A DNA stretch of 64,000 nucleotides, from assembly GCA_965279515.1 (NCBI GenBank), contig CBDIID010000003.1, positions 4,256,001 to 4,320,000 of the forward strand, in the 5' to 3' direction. The stretch's first letter is position 1. Each line of letters starts with the position of its first letter. The DNA is from Turneriella sp. GTDB taxonomy: Bacteria; Spirochaetota; Leptospiria; Turneriellales; Turneriellaceae. A program made the translations under genes and the position numbers. The notes beneath the pieces were generated by a model that was not told where the DNA came from, did no database searches, and saw only the letters and a list, made by a program, of their open reading frames with translations. Positions 48,421 to 58,710 of this stretch are shown here, piece after piece.

Positions 48421-49518
48421 GTGCTCCAGTTACTCCTGACACCGTTACAGAAACACATCTCGTGGTTCCGGATTTTTAATTATACCTCGTTCCGCCTCGT
48501 CGCTGCGGCGATTACCGCGCTGCTTCTGGCATATTTATTCGGTCCGCGGTTCATCCGCTTTTTAAGAAAACTGCGCTTCGGTGAATCGGTGCGATCTGAC
48601 GGCCCCGAAAGCCACCAGAGCAAAGCGGGAACTCCCACCATGGGTGGCCTCATGATTATGGCGAGCATGAGTGTTTCGATTCTGCTCTGGGGCAATCTCA
48701 GCAATCTCTATGTGATGCTCTTGTGGCTCGGCACACTCGCGCTCAGCGCCGTCGGCTTTGTCGACGACTACTCGAAATCGGTGCTGAAGATTGCCGGCGG
48801 CATGCGTGCGCGCACGAAATTTCTCTGCCAGATTGTGATTGCGGGTGGTTTTGCGACGCTGGTGTTTTTTTTCCCCTATGCACCGAAGGGCGCACAGGAA
48901 CAGGCTACGAGTCTTTTTCTGCCGTTCATGAAAAGCCCGCTCTTTAATATGGGCATTATCGCGATTTTTTTCTGGCTATGGATTGTTGTGGGTACTTCGA
49001 ATGCCGTGAATCTGACCGACGGTTTGGATGGTCTTGCCACCGGCATGTCGGTGATCGTGATTGTGACTTTGGCTCTTCTCGCCTATGTCACGGGCCTTGA
49101 AGAGGTCGCGCATTACCTGCGCATCGTCTATGTGCCTGAGGCGAATGAGATTTCTGTTTTTCTCGCGGCCTTAGGCGGGGCTTGTATTGGTTTTCTCTGG
49201 TATAATGCTTATCCCGCCGAAGTTTTTATGGGCGATACGGGTTCACTGGCGCTCGGTGGCGCGATTGGCATGAGTGCAATTCTGATCCACCGCGAAATAT
49301 TGCTCGTGATCTTAGGCGGCGTGTTCGTGATGGAAGCTCTCAGTGTAATCCTTCAGGTCGGCTCTTACAAACTCAGGCAAAAACGCATCTTTCGTATGGC
49401 GCCGATACACCATCACTTCGAACTCGGCGGCTGGCATGAGAATAAGGTCGTCACGCGCTTTTGGATTGTCGGCGTACTTTTGGCGCTCATCGCCATTTCA
49501 AGTATTAAGATTATTTAA
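48421..49518 (+). CDS. mraY: Phospho-N-acetylmuramoyl-pentapeptide transferase
   Basis: KAGTPTMGG, NAVNLTDGLDGLA, FMGDTGSL and MAPIHHHFE. Confidence 0.97.
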   Translation: MLQLLLTPLQKHISWFRIFNYTSFRLVAAAITALLLAYLFGPRFIRFLRKLRFGESVRSDGPESHQSKAGTPTMGGLMIMASMSVSILLWGNLSNLYVMLLWLGTLALSAVGFVDDYSKSVLKIAGGMRARTKFLCQIVIAGGFATLVFFFPYAPKGAQEQATSLFLPFMKSPLFNMGIIAIFFWLWIVVGTSNAVNLTDGLDGLATGMSVIVIVTLALLAYVTGLEEVAHYLRIVYVPEANEISVFLAALGGACIGFLWYNAYPAEVFMGDTGSLALGGAIGMSAILIHREILLVILGGVFVMEALSVILQVGSYKLRQKRIFRMAPIHHHFELGGWHENKVVTRFWIVGVLLALIAISSIKII

Positions 49519-49558
49519 GGGAGTTCTGCAAAAGCCAAAATTCGGTGCGCAAATATCA

Positions 49559-50536
49559 TCATTTGCGCGCATAGAGCACGTAGCTGCTGGTTAGCGGGCG
49601 GCCGTTGCGGCGCCGCTGGGATTTCCAATGGTATAAACTCATTTTCCAGAAACGCAGCAAATCGCTGGGCTTCGAGACATCGCCCCAAGCCTTACGCCAT
49701 TTTGCCCACAGGGGGAAATCCACCGGAAAAAATTCTTTGAACTCGCGAAAGCCGATTTCACGGAGCATTGTTTTAAGGCCCGTCGCCGTGTAGTAGATGA
49801 GGTGGCCGGGAAGATAATAGTGATAGTCGGCGCCGCTTACGGTAGCCTGGCAACCTTCAAAATTAGCAGTCTGGATCACGAGTACGCCGCCGGCTTCGAG
49901 AAGATGATAAGCTTTGCCGAAATCAGTGCGGGCCGTTTTGAGATGTTCGGCGACTTCGATGAGGGTGATGGCAGAGAAACTACCGGGTTTAAAATATTTT
50001 GCCGTGCCGCGCGGCAGATGCATGAGGTCGCCTGCGAAAAGTTTTGCCGGGTTACCCGCCGCCGCCGAAATCTGATTTCCTTCTTTCACCGCATAAGGCG
50101 AGACGTCGAGGCCATAGGCTTCGAAGTTTTGTGAAGCCGCGGCGCGCACCAGGGCGCCAAACGCACAACCGACATCGAGAAATTTGCCTTCTTGCACACC
50201 TCCCCCGCCCGCGGGGGAGGTGCCGAAGGCGGAGGGGGAGCTTAACAGAAATTTGCGGATTGCTTTCAGGCGTGCGTTGTGGACGAAATTGTGGTAATAT
50301 TCTTTTTTGCGCTCGTCCTGGTAGTTAAACGCCGCGGTGCCTGTGTAGTAGCCTTCGTCATAGAACGCGTCGGCGTTTTTGGGGAAGGGATGCTGGTACT
50401 CAGACCGGCAGGCCTGGCAAAGGTATACGTCAAAACCATGGCGGCTAATACGGTATTTAAAGGCGGTTTCGGGGGATGCACAGACAGGGCAGAGAGATGG
50501 TTTCGCTCTTTTGGATCCGCCCGATTTCTTTTTCAT
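49559..50536 (-). CDS. Class I SAM-dependent methyltransferase with N-terminal Zn-ribbon
   Basis: CPVC...CQAC, FLDVGCAFG and EVAEHL. Confidence 0.85.
   Translation of the reverse strand: MKKKSGGSKRAKPSLCPVCASPETAFKYRISRHGFDVYLCQACRSEYQHPFPKNADAFYDEGYYTGTAAFNYQDERKKEYYHNFVHNARLKAIRKFLLSSPSAFGTSPAGGGGVQEGKFLDVGCAFGALVRAAASQNFEAYGLDVSPYAVKEGNQISAAAGNPAKLFAGDLMHLPRGTAKYFKPGSFSAITLIEVAEHLKTARTDFGKAYHLLEAGGVLVIQTANFEGCQATVSGADYHYYLPGHLIYYTATGLKTMLREIGFREFKEFFPVDFPLWAKWRKAWGDVSKPSDLLRFWKMSLYHWKSQRRRNGRPLTSSYVLYARK
50197..50240. repeat. REP-like G/C palindrome inserted in-frame in the methyltransferase
   Basis: cacctccccc-gcccgc-gggggaggtg plus ccgaaggcggagggggag; encodes SSPSAFGTSPAGGGG. Confidence 0.65.
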
Positions 50537-51141
50537 TTCTGCGCCAGAATCATATGGTGGGCGACGATGTGCTCTTCGCCCAGGGGTTGGCGGGCGATAA
50601 AGCCGTAACTGGTCCGTGTAAATTCGCGGAACAGCGACAAGGTTTCATCTTTAGAGAATAACCCCGCATCGCCGTCCTTGAGATCGCCCTGCGTGAGTTG
50701 TGCCTTGAGGTGTGTGTCGCTGTCAGAGCGCAGGGTCAGGAAAATTTTGCCGCCGGGCTTCAAGATGCGGTGGATTTCGCTGATCGCCGGGCTCAGGGTA
50801 TTTTCGGGCAGGTAATGCAAAACGCCCCAGCATAAGATGAAATCGAATGACTGGGTGAGGAAAGGTAATTCGGGCAGAGCCGCCTGAAAGGCGCCAAAAT
50901 TTTCGGCCGCATAGAGTTTCAGCGAATTGATGGAAAAGTCACAGGCTACCGTCCGGGAAAAATGCTCGGATAACAGGCTTAGATGCCGGCCGCTGCCGCT
51001 ACCCAAGTCGAGCGCCGTACTGCCCGGAATTTCATGGGCAAACTCTTTTTTGAGCACGCGCACGACATTCTCGTCCGGGTAAGTTTGTCGCGCCCGCGGG
51101 CGGGTATAATGGGTTTCCCAAACCTGCTGATTGTCAGCCAT
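50533..51141 (-). CDS. Class I SAM-dependent methyltransferase
   Basis: ALDLGSGSGRH, SFDFIL and RILKPGG. Confidence 0.88.
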   Translation of the reverse strand: MADNQQVWETHYTRPRARQTYPDENVVRVLKKEFAHEIPGSTALDLGSGSGRHLSLLSEHFSRTVACDFSINSLKLYAAENFGAFQAALPELPFLTQSFDFILCWGVLHYLPENTLSPAISEIHRILKPGGKIFLTLRSDSDTHLKAQLTQGDLKDGDAGLFSKDETLSLFREFTRTSYGFIARQPLGEEHIVAHHMILAQK

Positions 51142-51907
51142 TCAGTTTCTTTTCGGCTTTTTTGTGCAGAACGTAGAGCTTGATATATTTGGTAAAGGTC
51201 GCCACAGCGGAATAGTAGGTAATGATGATACCTGCCGCACCGTCGAGAAACGACAACTCAAAGAAGAACTTACGGATGACGACCCAGCCCGCACGCGCGA
51301 AAACACCGGGAAGCGAAACCCTGCGGCCGCGGGCATACAAGGCCTGTGACGCCATTTCCGAATACTTGCGTATGGTCGCGATATGGTCGTCGATGGTGCG
51401 GAATGAATAATGGAGCAGGTCTCCTTTGAGTTTCGCCGTCTGTGCCGCAGGCGCGTTGATGATTTCATGCACCTGATCACCCTGCCATGCGCAAACTTGC
51501 TTGTTGTACAGGCGGATCTTATCATCGGGGTACCAGCCCGAATGGCGTATGAAGCGGTAGATGTACCAGGTCAGGCGGTTAAACTTATACGCAACGATAT
51601 CTGAGGGTGAATTGTCCTTAAGAGTCAGGATTGCCTGCGCCAGTTCCGGGGTTAATCTCTCGTCGCAGTCCAGGTTCAAAATCCAGTCGAATTTCGCTTT
51701 CGATACAGCAAAATTTTTCTGTGCCACATAGTTATCAAATTTGCGGGCAAAAACTTTTTTCGTGAAGTGTTTGGCGATCTTCACCGTGGCATCGTCGCTA
51801 AAACTGTCGACGAAGATAATCTCATCGGCGACAGTCTTTACCGAAGCGAGGCAATCCGCCAGGTTTTTCTCTTCGTTAAGACCGATGACACAAACCGAGA
51901 TTTTCAT
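51134..51907 (-). CDS. Glycosyltransferase family 2 (LgtF/KdtX-like)
   Basis: NEEKNL.DCL.S, VDSFSDD, LDCDE and VHE. Confidence 0.9.
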   Translation of the reverse strand: MKISVCVIGLNEEKNLADCLASVKTVADEIIFVDSFSDDATVKIAKHFTKKVFARKFDNYVAQKNFAVSKAKFDWILNLDCDERLTPELAQAILTLKDNSPSDIVAYKFNRLTWYIYRFIRHSGWYPDDKIRLYNKQVCAWQGDQVHEIINAPAAQTAKLKGDLLHYSFRTIDDHIATIRKYSEMASQALYARGRRVSLPGVFARAGWVVIRKFFFELSFLDGAAGIIITYYSAVATFTKYIKLYVLHKKAEKKLNG

Positions 51908-51918
51908 CCGGCCGCCGG

Positions 51919-52974
51919 TTAGCCGCTTGTCAGGTAAGGCATGGGGTTCACCGGGTGCTCCATGATACGCACTTCGTAGTGGAGGTGCGGACCTGTCGCG
52001 CGGCCGGTCGCGCCGACGCGGCCGATCTGTTGTCCCTTGCGCACATAACTGCCGCAGCTGGCGTGCACGCTGCTCATGTGGCCATAGAGGGTTTGAAAGC
52101 CGAAGGAGTGCGCGATTCTGACGGAAAGGCCATAACCCCCGCTATAACCGCAGCTCGTCACGCGGCCATCAGCGGCGGCATAGATGGGAGTTCCGGTTGC
52201 ATTCGCGAGGTCTACACCCGTGTGAAAGTCTTTGCTTTGCCCGAACGGTGAAATACGCCCGCCGAAGAATGAGGTAAAATGCCCGCCGGCCAGCGGCCAG
52301 TAGTAGGGCAGGGCCTGCTGCACGATGTCGCGTTCTTTGAGAAGCTGCTGCAGCATCGCCACCGCGCTGCCGGTCTGCTTGAGATCGAGTTTCAGCTGGC
52401 GGTAGAGTGCGATTTCAGGATAAAAGTAGAAACCTTCTTCCTGTGATTTGCCCTGTGCGACTTTCAGTGTCGTTTCAAAATTGAGAAATTTGACGGTGCG
52501 GTTTTCTTTGTAACTCAGCGAGCGCGCAAATTCTTCCCCTTCGCTGTCGAGCATCTGCACGGCGCTTTCGTGCAAAATATCTTTGTCGAGAAAAACCGGC
52601 TCATCACCCTCGTGCAGTTTTGCCTGCACCATGATTTTGCCGAACTGTTTTTTGAAAAAGTCCTGCTGTACGACCATCTCGTGGTATTTGCGTAAATACA
52701 GTTCGCGCTCGTTGACATAGGCGCGGTCGCGGTCTTGCAACGAGTCAGCCTCGGACTGAATATTGCGTTGGAAGCTGACGGCAAAGAAGGAAGCGACGAT
52801 GATAAAGATAAGGGAGAATATGGCGAGCGCGATCACATAGTTCGACAGCTGCATGTTGACGATGGCGCGGTCGTTGTGCGGAATGACGAGGAACGTAATA
52901 CGCTCATTGCCCTTCTCGCGGAGCTTTTTGCGGTATTCAGCGGCCTTTTTTTCAATCTTCCGTCTGAAACTCAA
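51919..52974 (-). CDS. M23 family metallopeptidase
   Basis: HTGVD, TLYGHM and TGPHLHYEV. Confidence 0.92.
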   Translation of the reverse strand: MSFRRKIEKKAAEYRKKLREKGNERITFLVIPHNDRAIVNMQLSNYVIALAIFSLIFIIVASFFAVSFQRNIQSEADSLQDRDRAYVNERELYLRKYHEMVVQQDFFKKQFGKIMVQAKLHEGDEPVFLDKDILHESAVQMLDSEGEEFARSLSYKENRTVKFLNFETTLKVAQGKSQEEGFYFYPEIALYRQLKLDLKQTGSAVAMLQQLLKERDIVQQALPYYWPLAGGHFTSFFGGRISPFGQSKDFHTGVDLANATGTPIYAAADGRVTSCGYSGGYGLSVRIAHSFGFQTLYGHMSSVHASCGSYVRKGQQIGRVGATGRATGPHLHYEVRIMEHPVNPMPYLTSG

Positions 52975-53489
52975 TTGCGCTCCCCGAGAATTTTGCCGCC
53001 GGTCGCTTCCATCATTTTCTCTTTATTGAGAATCAGATTTTCACGGTTATCGGCTGGCATCGGCATGCCACCGTCGAGATAGATAGCACCTTTAGGGCAG
53101 GCCTCTTCGCAGAGCCCGCAATAGATGCAGCGGAGAAGATCGACGTCAAAACTCTTGGCATACTTGTCTTCGGGGTGCAGGTATTGTTTTTCGGGCGTCA
53201 CTTCGGCGGCGACGATCTGTATCGCATCGGCGGGGCAGACCCACTGGCAGCAGTAGCAGGCGGTGCAGCGTTCTTGTCCCTTTTCATTGCGTTTGAGGCG
53301 GTGCAGACCGCGAAACCGCGATGACAGCGGCAGTTTTTTCTCAGGGTAAGATACCGTCACCATACGGCGCAGAATCGCCGATTTGAGAAAATGTTTGAGC
53401 GTTACCCATAGACCCGCCGAGATCGACATGAAATAGAATTTCTCGTACCAGCGGAACTTATATTTTTTGTGAACGTGCAGCGTTGCCAT
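52971..53489 (-). CDS. nuoI: NADH-quinone oxidoreductase subunit I
   Basis: Two 4Fe-4S motifs, [12 protein letters not shown] and [12 protein letters not shown]. Confidence 0.93.
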   Translation of the reverse strand: MATLHVHKKYKFRWYEKFYFMSISAGLWVTLKHFLKSAILRRMVTVSYPEKKLPLSSRFRGLHRLKRNEKGQERCTACYCCQWVCPADAIQIVAAEVTPEKQYLHPEDKYAKSFDVDLLRCIYCGLCEEACPKGAIYLDGGMPMPADNRENLILNKEKMMEATGGKILGERN

Positions 53490-55033
53490 TAGACTGCCAC
53501 CCCGACTTTTTCTGCGCTCGCGACGCGTGAAAAGATTTTTGCAATCGATTCAAGGCCTTGTACCGGTTTCAGGACCGGGGTAGTCTTTTTCACCTCGCCT
53601 GTTTTGTCGCGGAAAGAACCGGCTTTTTCAGGAAAGGCCAGTACGGGTGCCGTGATGGCGGCAAGTTCAGCAGCCGTATTCGCATGCGTCGTGAAGAGCG
53701 CGACCTTGTTCCATGCCGTCGCGGCATTGATGGCGTCAAAGAGTGCGGTATCTTCAACCTGCTCGGGTATACTGAGCCCCGCAACATGTGCGTGTTTTTC
53801 ACCGGTCTGGTAAGCAAACGGCGCAGAAAGCTCGTTGAGAATAATAACAAGGTCCGCGGTGCGGATGGCCCCTGCAAGAGATGCAAAATCGTTAAATGCC
53901 GTTTTGCTCCAATCGCGCAAATATTTGGCGTTCGGCCGCAAGTCGCGGCTCAGCAGGAAATCCCACTGCCCATTTTCTGTGCCATGGAAGGCATCTTTAT
54001 CAGAACGGAAATCCCAGTCGACGGTTTTTCCCTGCGCTTGCCAAGCACCGACGATCTGCGAGAAGGCATCGATTTCTTCGCACGCTTCGCTTGCGCCGCC
54101 GATGACGAGAATTTTTTTTGCCGCATCGATTTTTTGGGCTAACGCGGGGAGTGCGGTCTTCGACGTCGCTTTCTCGCCGTTGAGGACATAATGGTTGAGA
54201 CGATTTGCGGAAAAATCTTTGCCGCTGAAACGACCAAAATCACAGATGAAGTGGCCATCGGCCATCGGATTCTGCGGCGGCATGTAGCGGTAAAGCGCAT
54301 TGTTTTTGACGTTGGTCGTCACCTTGCAGAGCGTCGAGCAGCCGTGGCAGATCGACTCATGCGATTCATACCACCAGACGCGCGACTGGAAGAGTGTGTT
54401 TTCGTTCAGCAGTGCGCCCACCGGGCAGATGTCGGCGAGTGCGCCCTGGTAGTTGTGATTGAGGTAAGTCGATTTTTCGCCTGAAGTTTCGGGCGGAGTG
54501 TAGGCGATGATGGTGTCGTTGCCGCGCGCGAGCATCTCGAGATCGGGCACGCCGACGATTTCTTTGTCGAAACGCACACAGCGGTAGCAGAGAATGCAGC
54601 GGTTGTGGTTGATTAAGAGATTGGTGCCAATCTTCTCTTGCGGAATATTTCTTTTTATTTCTTTGTAACGTGTGGTGTCGTGGCCCAGCGCGAAGGAATA
54701 ATTCTGCAGGCGGCACTCGCCGGCCTTGTCGCAGACGGGGCAGTCGAGCGGGTGGTTGATGAGCAGAAACTCCATCACACCTTCACGCGCCTTGACGATC
54801 TTCTCGCCGAAGGCGTTGATCTTCATGCCGTCTTTGATCGGCGTATTACACGCCGCCTGGAACTTCGGCACGCCTTCGATTTCGATGAGGCAGATGCGGC
54901 ACATGCCGACGACGGACAATTTGGAGTGATAACAGAAGTGGGGGATCTCCACACCTTTGTCGTGGAGGGCATCGATCAGGTTCTTCTTCTCGTCGACCTC
55001 GTGTTCGGTCCCGTCGACGAAGATCTTGGCCAT
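53489..55033 (-). CDS. nuoG: NADH-quinone oxidoreductase subunit G (short form)
   Basis: [29 protein letters not shown] and [11 protein letters not shown]. Confidence 0.92.
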   Translation of the reverse strand: MAKIFVDGTEHEVDEKKNLIDALHDKGVEIPHFCYHSKLSVVGMCRICLIEIEGVPKFQAACNTPIKDGMKINAFGEKIVKAREGVMEFLLINHPLDCPVCDKAGECRLQNYSFALGHDTTRYKEIKRNIPQEKIGTNLLINHNRCILCYRCVRFDKEIVGVPDLEMLARGNDTIIAYTPPETSGEKSTYLNHNYQGALADICPVGALLNENTLFQSRVWWYESHESICHGCSTLCKVTTNVKNNALYRYMPPQNPMADGHFICDFGRFSGKDFSANRLNHYVLNGEKATSKTALPALAQKIDAAKKILVIGGASEACEEIDAFSQIVGAWQAQGKTVDWDFRSDKDAFHGTENGQWDFLLSRDLRPNAKYLRDWSKTAFNDFASLAGAIRTADLVIILNELSAPFAYQTGEKHAHVAGLSIPEQVEDTALFDAINAATAWNKVALFTTHANTAAELAAITAPVLAFPEKAGSFRDKTGEVKKTTPVLKPVQGLESIAKIFSRVASAEKVGVAV

Positions 55034-55110
55034 GGGCGTATTTCGAGGGTTAAATCAGGGTGTCTATTTCTTGTTCAATTGCAGAAAATCAGGGGGGCTA
55101 AAAAACATAA

Positions 55111-55180
55111 AAACCACGGCGGTCAGGAAGGGCACGGCGGGGAATCCCCAATCGCCGTGTTCGCCGTACCGCCGTGGTTT
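55111..55180. repeat. Nested long palindrome upstream of nuoG
   Basis: 13-bp outer stem aaaccacggcggt/accgccgtggttt with inner cacggcg/cgccgtg and gggg/cccc stems. Confidence 0.7.
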
Positions 55181-55194
55181 CTTCCAGGTCTCGG

Positions 55195-55605
55195 TTATTT
55201 CTCTTTGCGGACGCGCTTCTCGGGCAGGGCTGCTTTGCAGGTGTCGCTGACCTTGTCGCGGTTTTGCATCAGGCACTTCAGGCCTGCATGTTTTTTGGCA
55301 CCGGCAGCGTTGGCGTCGGGGCAGAGTTTCTGGATGTCTGGAGCACAGGTTTCGAGCGCTTTGGACATTTTCGCCTTGCGGTCTGCGTGTTTGGCCTTGT
55401 GTTCTTCTTTTTTAGCCTTGCATTCAGCAGAGAATTTGTCTTTATTCTCTTTAATACAGGCTTTCATCGCCTTGCGGTCGTTTTTTTTGTCGCCGCAGAA
55501 TTTTTCAATGTCGGCCTTACAGGGGCCGTTTTTGCGCCCTTTATTGGCTAAGATTGGCAGGGTGGTAAAGGAAAATAGTGTAATTGTGATGAGTATTTTT
55601 CGCAT
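55195..55605 (-). CDS. Secreted cysteine-rich repeat protein (two Cys_rich_FGFR/GLG1-like repeats)
   Basis: Signal peptide; C..DIEKFC...CIKENKDKFSAEC and C..DIQKLC...CLMQNRDKVSDTC. Confidence 0.75.
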   Translation of the reverse strand: MRKILITITLFSFTTLPILANKGRKNGPCKADIEKFCGDKKNDRKAMKACIKENKDKFSAECKAKKEEHKAKHADRKAKMSKALETCAPDIQKLCPDANAAGAKKHAGLKCLMQNRDKVSDTCKAALPEKRVRKEK

Positions 55606-56306
55606 ATATGTTTTTTTGTCTCCCATGGCCTTATGACGGCCTATGTAATAAAGAACGGACATGCAAAAATCATAAAAGATCTCTACCGATAGCTATAGTG
55701 TGTGTGTTTCCCGTGATATCCTGTCACGAAGTTTCAGGTTCATTGGTTTTTGGCAACACAGCGCACCTTCACTTTACTGCCGTTGCCCCCGCTATTCGCT
55801 TTACTACCGTTTGTATATACCTGGCCTTGGTTGCTAAAATCGACCAAGAGCGCATAGTTTTGCCCGCAAAACGAAGGAGAATCGGACGACGACCAAAAAA
55901 CTTCATCCGTATATTTCTGGCCGTTTACGCCGGGGGGGGGATTGCCAGACGTACTCGGAAAGTATTCTGTATTAACGGAAGCTAGTTCGTCGATCTCTAC
56001 AATACTTACAAGTTCATCAATTGAGGGAAGCCTCCAGCTAATACCTGCTAATTTGAGTTCTGAGCAGTACTTTGAAGCAGAATACCAATTGGTGCTGGTG
56101 CCATTGCCCTCGCAAAAGCGTTCATTCCGTTGCCCGTATGCGCATTTTTGCCATTTTAAATTGGTCTTTTTATCTGTGATTGTTCCGTCTCCGTTATCAA
56201 CATAGCGTTTCGCCATCTTGCGGGTCGGTGAGCTCGATAAATTGCCGCACTGAGGTACTTGGAATTCATAATGTTTGCTGCTCGCACAGGCCGTCACAAA
56301 TCCTAG

Positions 56307-57547
56307 CAGGGTGTTGAAAAACGCATAGAATCGGGTATCCGTTCAAACCATAAATACGATTGGACGGGCACGTATTTTGCGCCTTGCCACCTTCGCTTCT
56401 GGGCGCAACGGGCTCATAGCTTGCCAGCCAAAATAACCAGATTGGCTGCCGCCATCGTGAATATGAAATGAAAGCCAACCTTAGCTTTGCCGCAGTAGCG
56501 TGTTTTACGGATACCACCGATGGTTTTGCCCCAGCCAAATAATTCTTCAATCCGTTTGCGAACGCGTTGGCTGATTGCATAGCCGGTACTTCGCGCCGTT
56601 CGGCGATCAAGGCCTGGTGTTTTTCGTGTTTCAATCATGGCGATGTGCGGTTTTATCTTCAATGACCTGAGCGATGCTACCATGTCTTTCGTATGGTAGC
56701 CTTTGTCTGCACCCAATGTTCGCGGCTTGATTTTGCGCTTGCGGAGATTCTTTAATAGAGCAAGCAAGCCACGGCGTTCTGCTTTGCCATCAGCAGCCTC
56801 CAGGTTTGCCGCAACACAAAGACCGGTACGATTTTCCATGACGACATTACCGCAGTAAGACAGCTTTGCTTCTTTGCCGGGGCCCTTGCGTGCAAGCATG
56901 GATTCGGGATCAGTAGTACTGGCATGTGTTTCATTGCTGCGTTTTTCATCGTGAAAATTCACGATCGGATTGCGACTGGTGTCTATTGGCTTTTCGCGTT
57001 TTACGTCTGCATCTTTTTGTTTCGGCTTAAAGCTTTTAAGCGATGCCCATGCTTCGATCAATGTGCCGTCAGCGGTGAAGTGTTCATCAGAGACCAGATT
57101 CTTGCTTTGCGCAAAACGAACGACCTGCGCCAGAAAGCTATTTGCGATTTCCTGATTGAGGAGGCGTTCGCGGTTTTTGGCAAAAGTACTGTGATTCGGA
57201 ACAGGATCATTCGGCATCAGATCAAGAAACCAGCGGAAGAGAAAATTGTAGCTGAGTTGTTCACAAAGCTGGCGCTCCGAACGAATCGAATAAAAAGCGA
57301 TCAGAAGCGATGCCTTCAGCAAAAACTCCGGCGGTATCGAGGGTCTGCCAGCATCGGCGTACATCTTATCAAGTGCTCCATCCAGTTTGCCGAGCACGTC
57401 ATCGGCCATAGTCTTGATTTTACGCAATGGATGCGACGGCGGAATCAGATCTTCCGCAGAGAAATTGTAGAGAAAATTCATCTGAGCTTTTTGGTCACCG
57501 CGCATTGGCTCAATATAATCAAAATTAAGGACTTCTTCAACACCCTG
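56307..57547 (-). mobile_element. IS5-family insertion sequence, 1241 bp
   Basis: Terminal IRs cagggtgttgaa(a/g)aa; CTAG duplicated at 56303-56306 and 57548-57551. Confidence 0.92.
56414..57505 (-). CDS. IS5-family DDE transposase
   Basis: GRPSIPPE, SIRSERQL, FTADGTLIEAWAS, GADKGY and RKRIEELFGW. Confidence 0.93.
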   Translation of the reverse strand: MRGDQKAQMNFLYNFSAEDLIPPSHPLRKIKTMADDVLGKLDGALDKMYADAGRPSIPPEFLLKASLLIAFYSIRSERQLCEQLSYNFLFRWFLDLMPNDPVPNHSTFAKNRERLLNQEIANSFLAQVVRFAQSKNLVSDEHFTADGTLIEAWASLKSFKPKQKDADVKREKPIDTSRNPIVNFHDEKRSNETHASTTDPESMLARKGPGKEAKLSYCGNVVMENRTGLCVAANLEAADGKAERRGLLALLKNLRKRKIKPRTLGADKGYHTKDMVASLRSLKIKPHIAMIETRKTPGLDRRTARSTGYAISQRVRKRIEELFGWGKTIGGIRKTRYCGKAKVGFHFIFTMAAANLVILAGKL

Positions 57548-57898
57548 CTAGTGTTTGGCAGACGATTTGAAATTTAACAGAAGCATGGTTCTTCATAAAA
57601 TCACCTCAAAGTACATTTTCTGGAGCAACCAGAGAGTCTAAAGGAAGCAACAATTTGTCAACTTTATTGATGTTGTCTTTTTTAATTGACCATGTTGAAA
57701 ATCGACGTGATTGTTTTTCTGGGGATTGTGTTCACTAGAGGCTGTCGCATTATTCTTATTGTTACTCTGTATGGTTGGGTATAAAAGTAAGTGAAGATTA
57801 GTGAGAGTCTACGGATGCTCAGATCTAAATCGTATGCCAGGTCGTATTACTGGCGTAAATCAAAAGGCCGTGTAGATAAAATATTAAGGCGGTGAATT

Positions 57899-58710
57899 TT
57901 GAAAACTGACAACGTTGTGTTACGATCTCTACCTTTGGTTTTCATAGGATTCTTAACGGGCTGTCAGAACGTACCGATAATCGGTCAGAATAGTGATTAT
58001 GAAATTGTGTATCTCGCCGTTGGAGGTGTGCTGTCGAACAATGATGATGGTGCGGCCATTTCAGGTGCCGAAATTACCATTTCACCGAGTGACATCTCTA
58101 TTATTAAATCGGGTACAGCCAAGAACCTTGTGCTGCAAGACCATAATGGCTCTGTGGGTGCGAATTCCGTAAATTTATCGGATGTTACTAGATTAGTTAC
58201 AGATTCTACCGGGAAATTTTTGGGATCTATTCCTTTGCCGGTAAAGAAGCTGAAAGATGGAACTGGGTACGAAGTAACTCTGAAAGTAAAGGCCCTGAAG
58301 GGCCGATAGCCGGCCCGGTCTACGCTTATGCTGGCATACAACAATCTTTCACCATCAAAAAAAGCAATGGGAGTGAAAAACCTTTATTTAATTTTGCCGG
58401 CTACAGCGTCTCTCTTCAGGGATCTGCAAGTTTTGATTTTGGCGTTGGTGCTTTTGGCTTGGATATATCAGCGAAAAATTGGATTAAGAATACTGTGGAT
58501 AATATAGCCTCGCGGATTTCTTTACCACTATGCCCAAATACCCTTTATTACTGTGTTGGAGCTTCAGGTCAGCAGGTATCTTTGAAGAAAATTTGTGATG
58601 GTAACCCATATGATTGCTCTAATAACGAGGATGAAACAGCACCGGTATTTGGTGGATGTCAGAATTTCTGTTCTACCCAATCGCAGTTGTATCGTCATTG
58701 TTGTGAATGA
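57899..58710 (+). pseudogene. Frameshifted lipoprotein with C-terminal LDL-receptor class A-like module
   Basis: LTGC lipobox; frame 1 stops at 58309 while the -1 frame is open 58192-58710 and ends CPNTLYYC...CDGNPYDCSNNEDE...C. Confidence 0.6.

Larger units (their letters stand above)
55740..57596 (-). pseudogene. DUF1566 (Lcl C-terminal) lipoprotein interrupted by the IS
   Basis: DNGDGTITD..TNLKWQKC, WRLPSIDEL, FWSS and VRCV; removing the IS restores an in-frame signal peptide from ATG 57596. Confidence 0.88.

Noticed and set aside
54638..55636. 332-aa plus-strand ORF
   Set aside because: Antisense to nuoG and the Cys-rich gene, both better supported
58205..58300. Programmed -1 frameshift joining the lipoprotein halves
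   Set aside because: No correctly phased X XXY YYZ slippery site found; a simple indel is more likely
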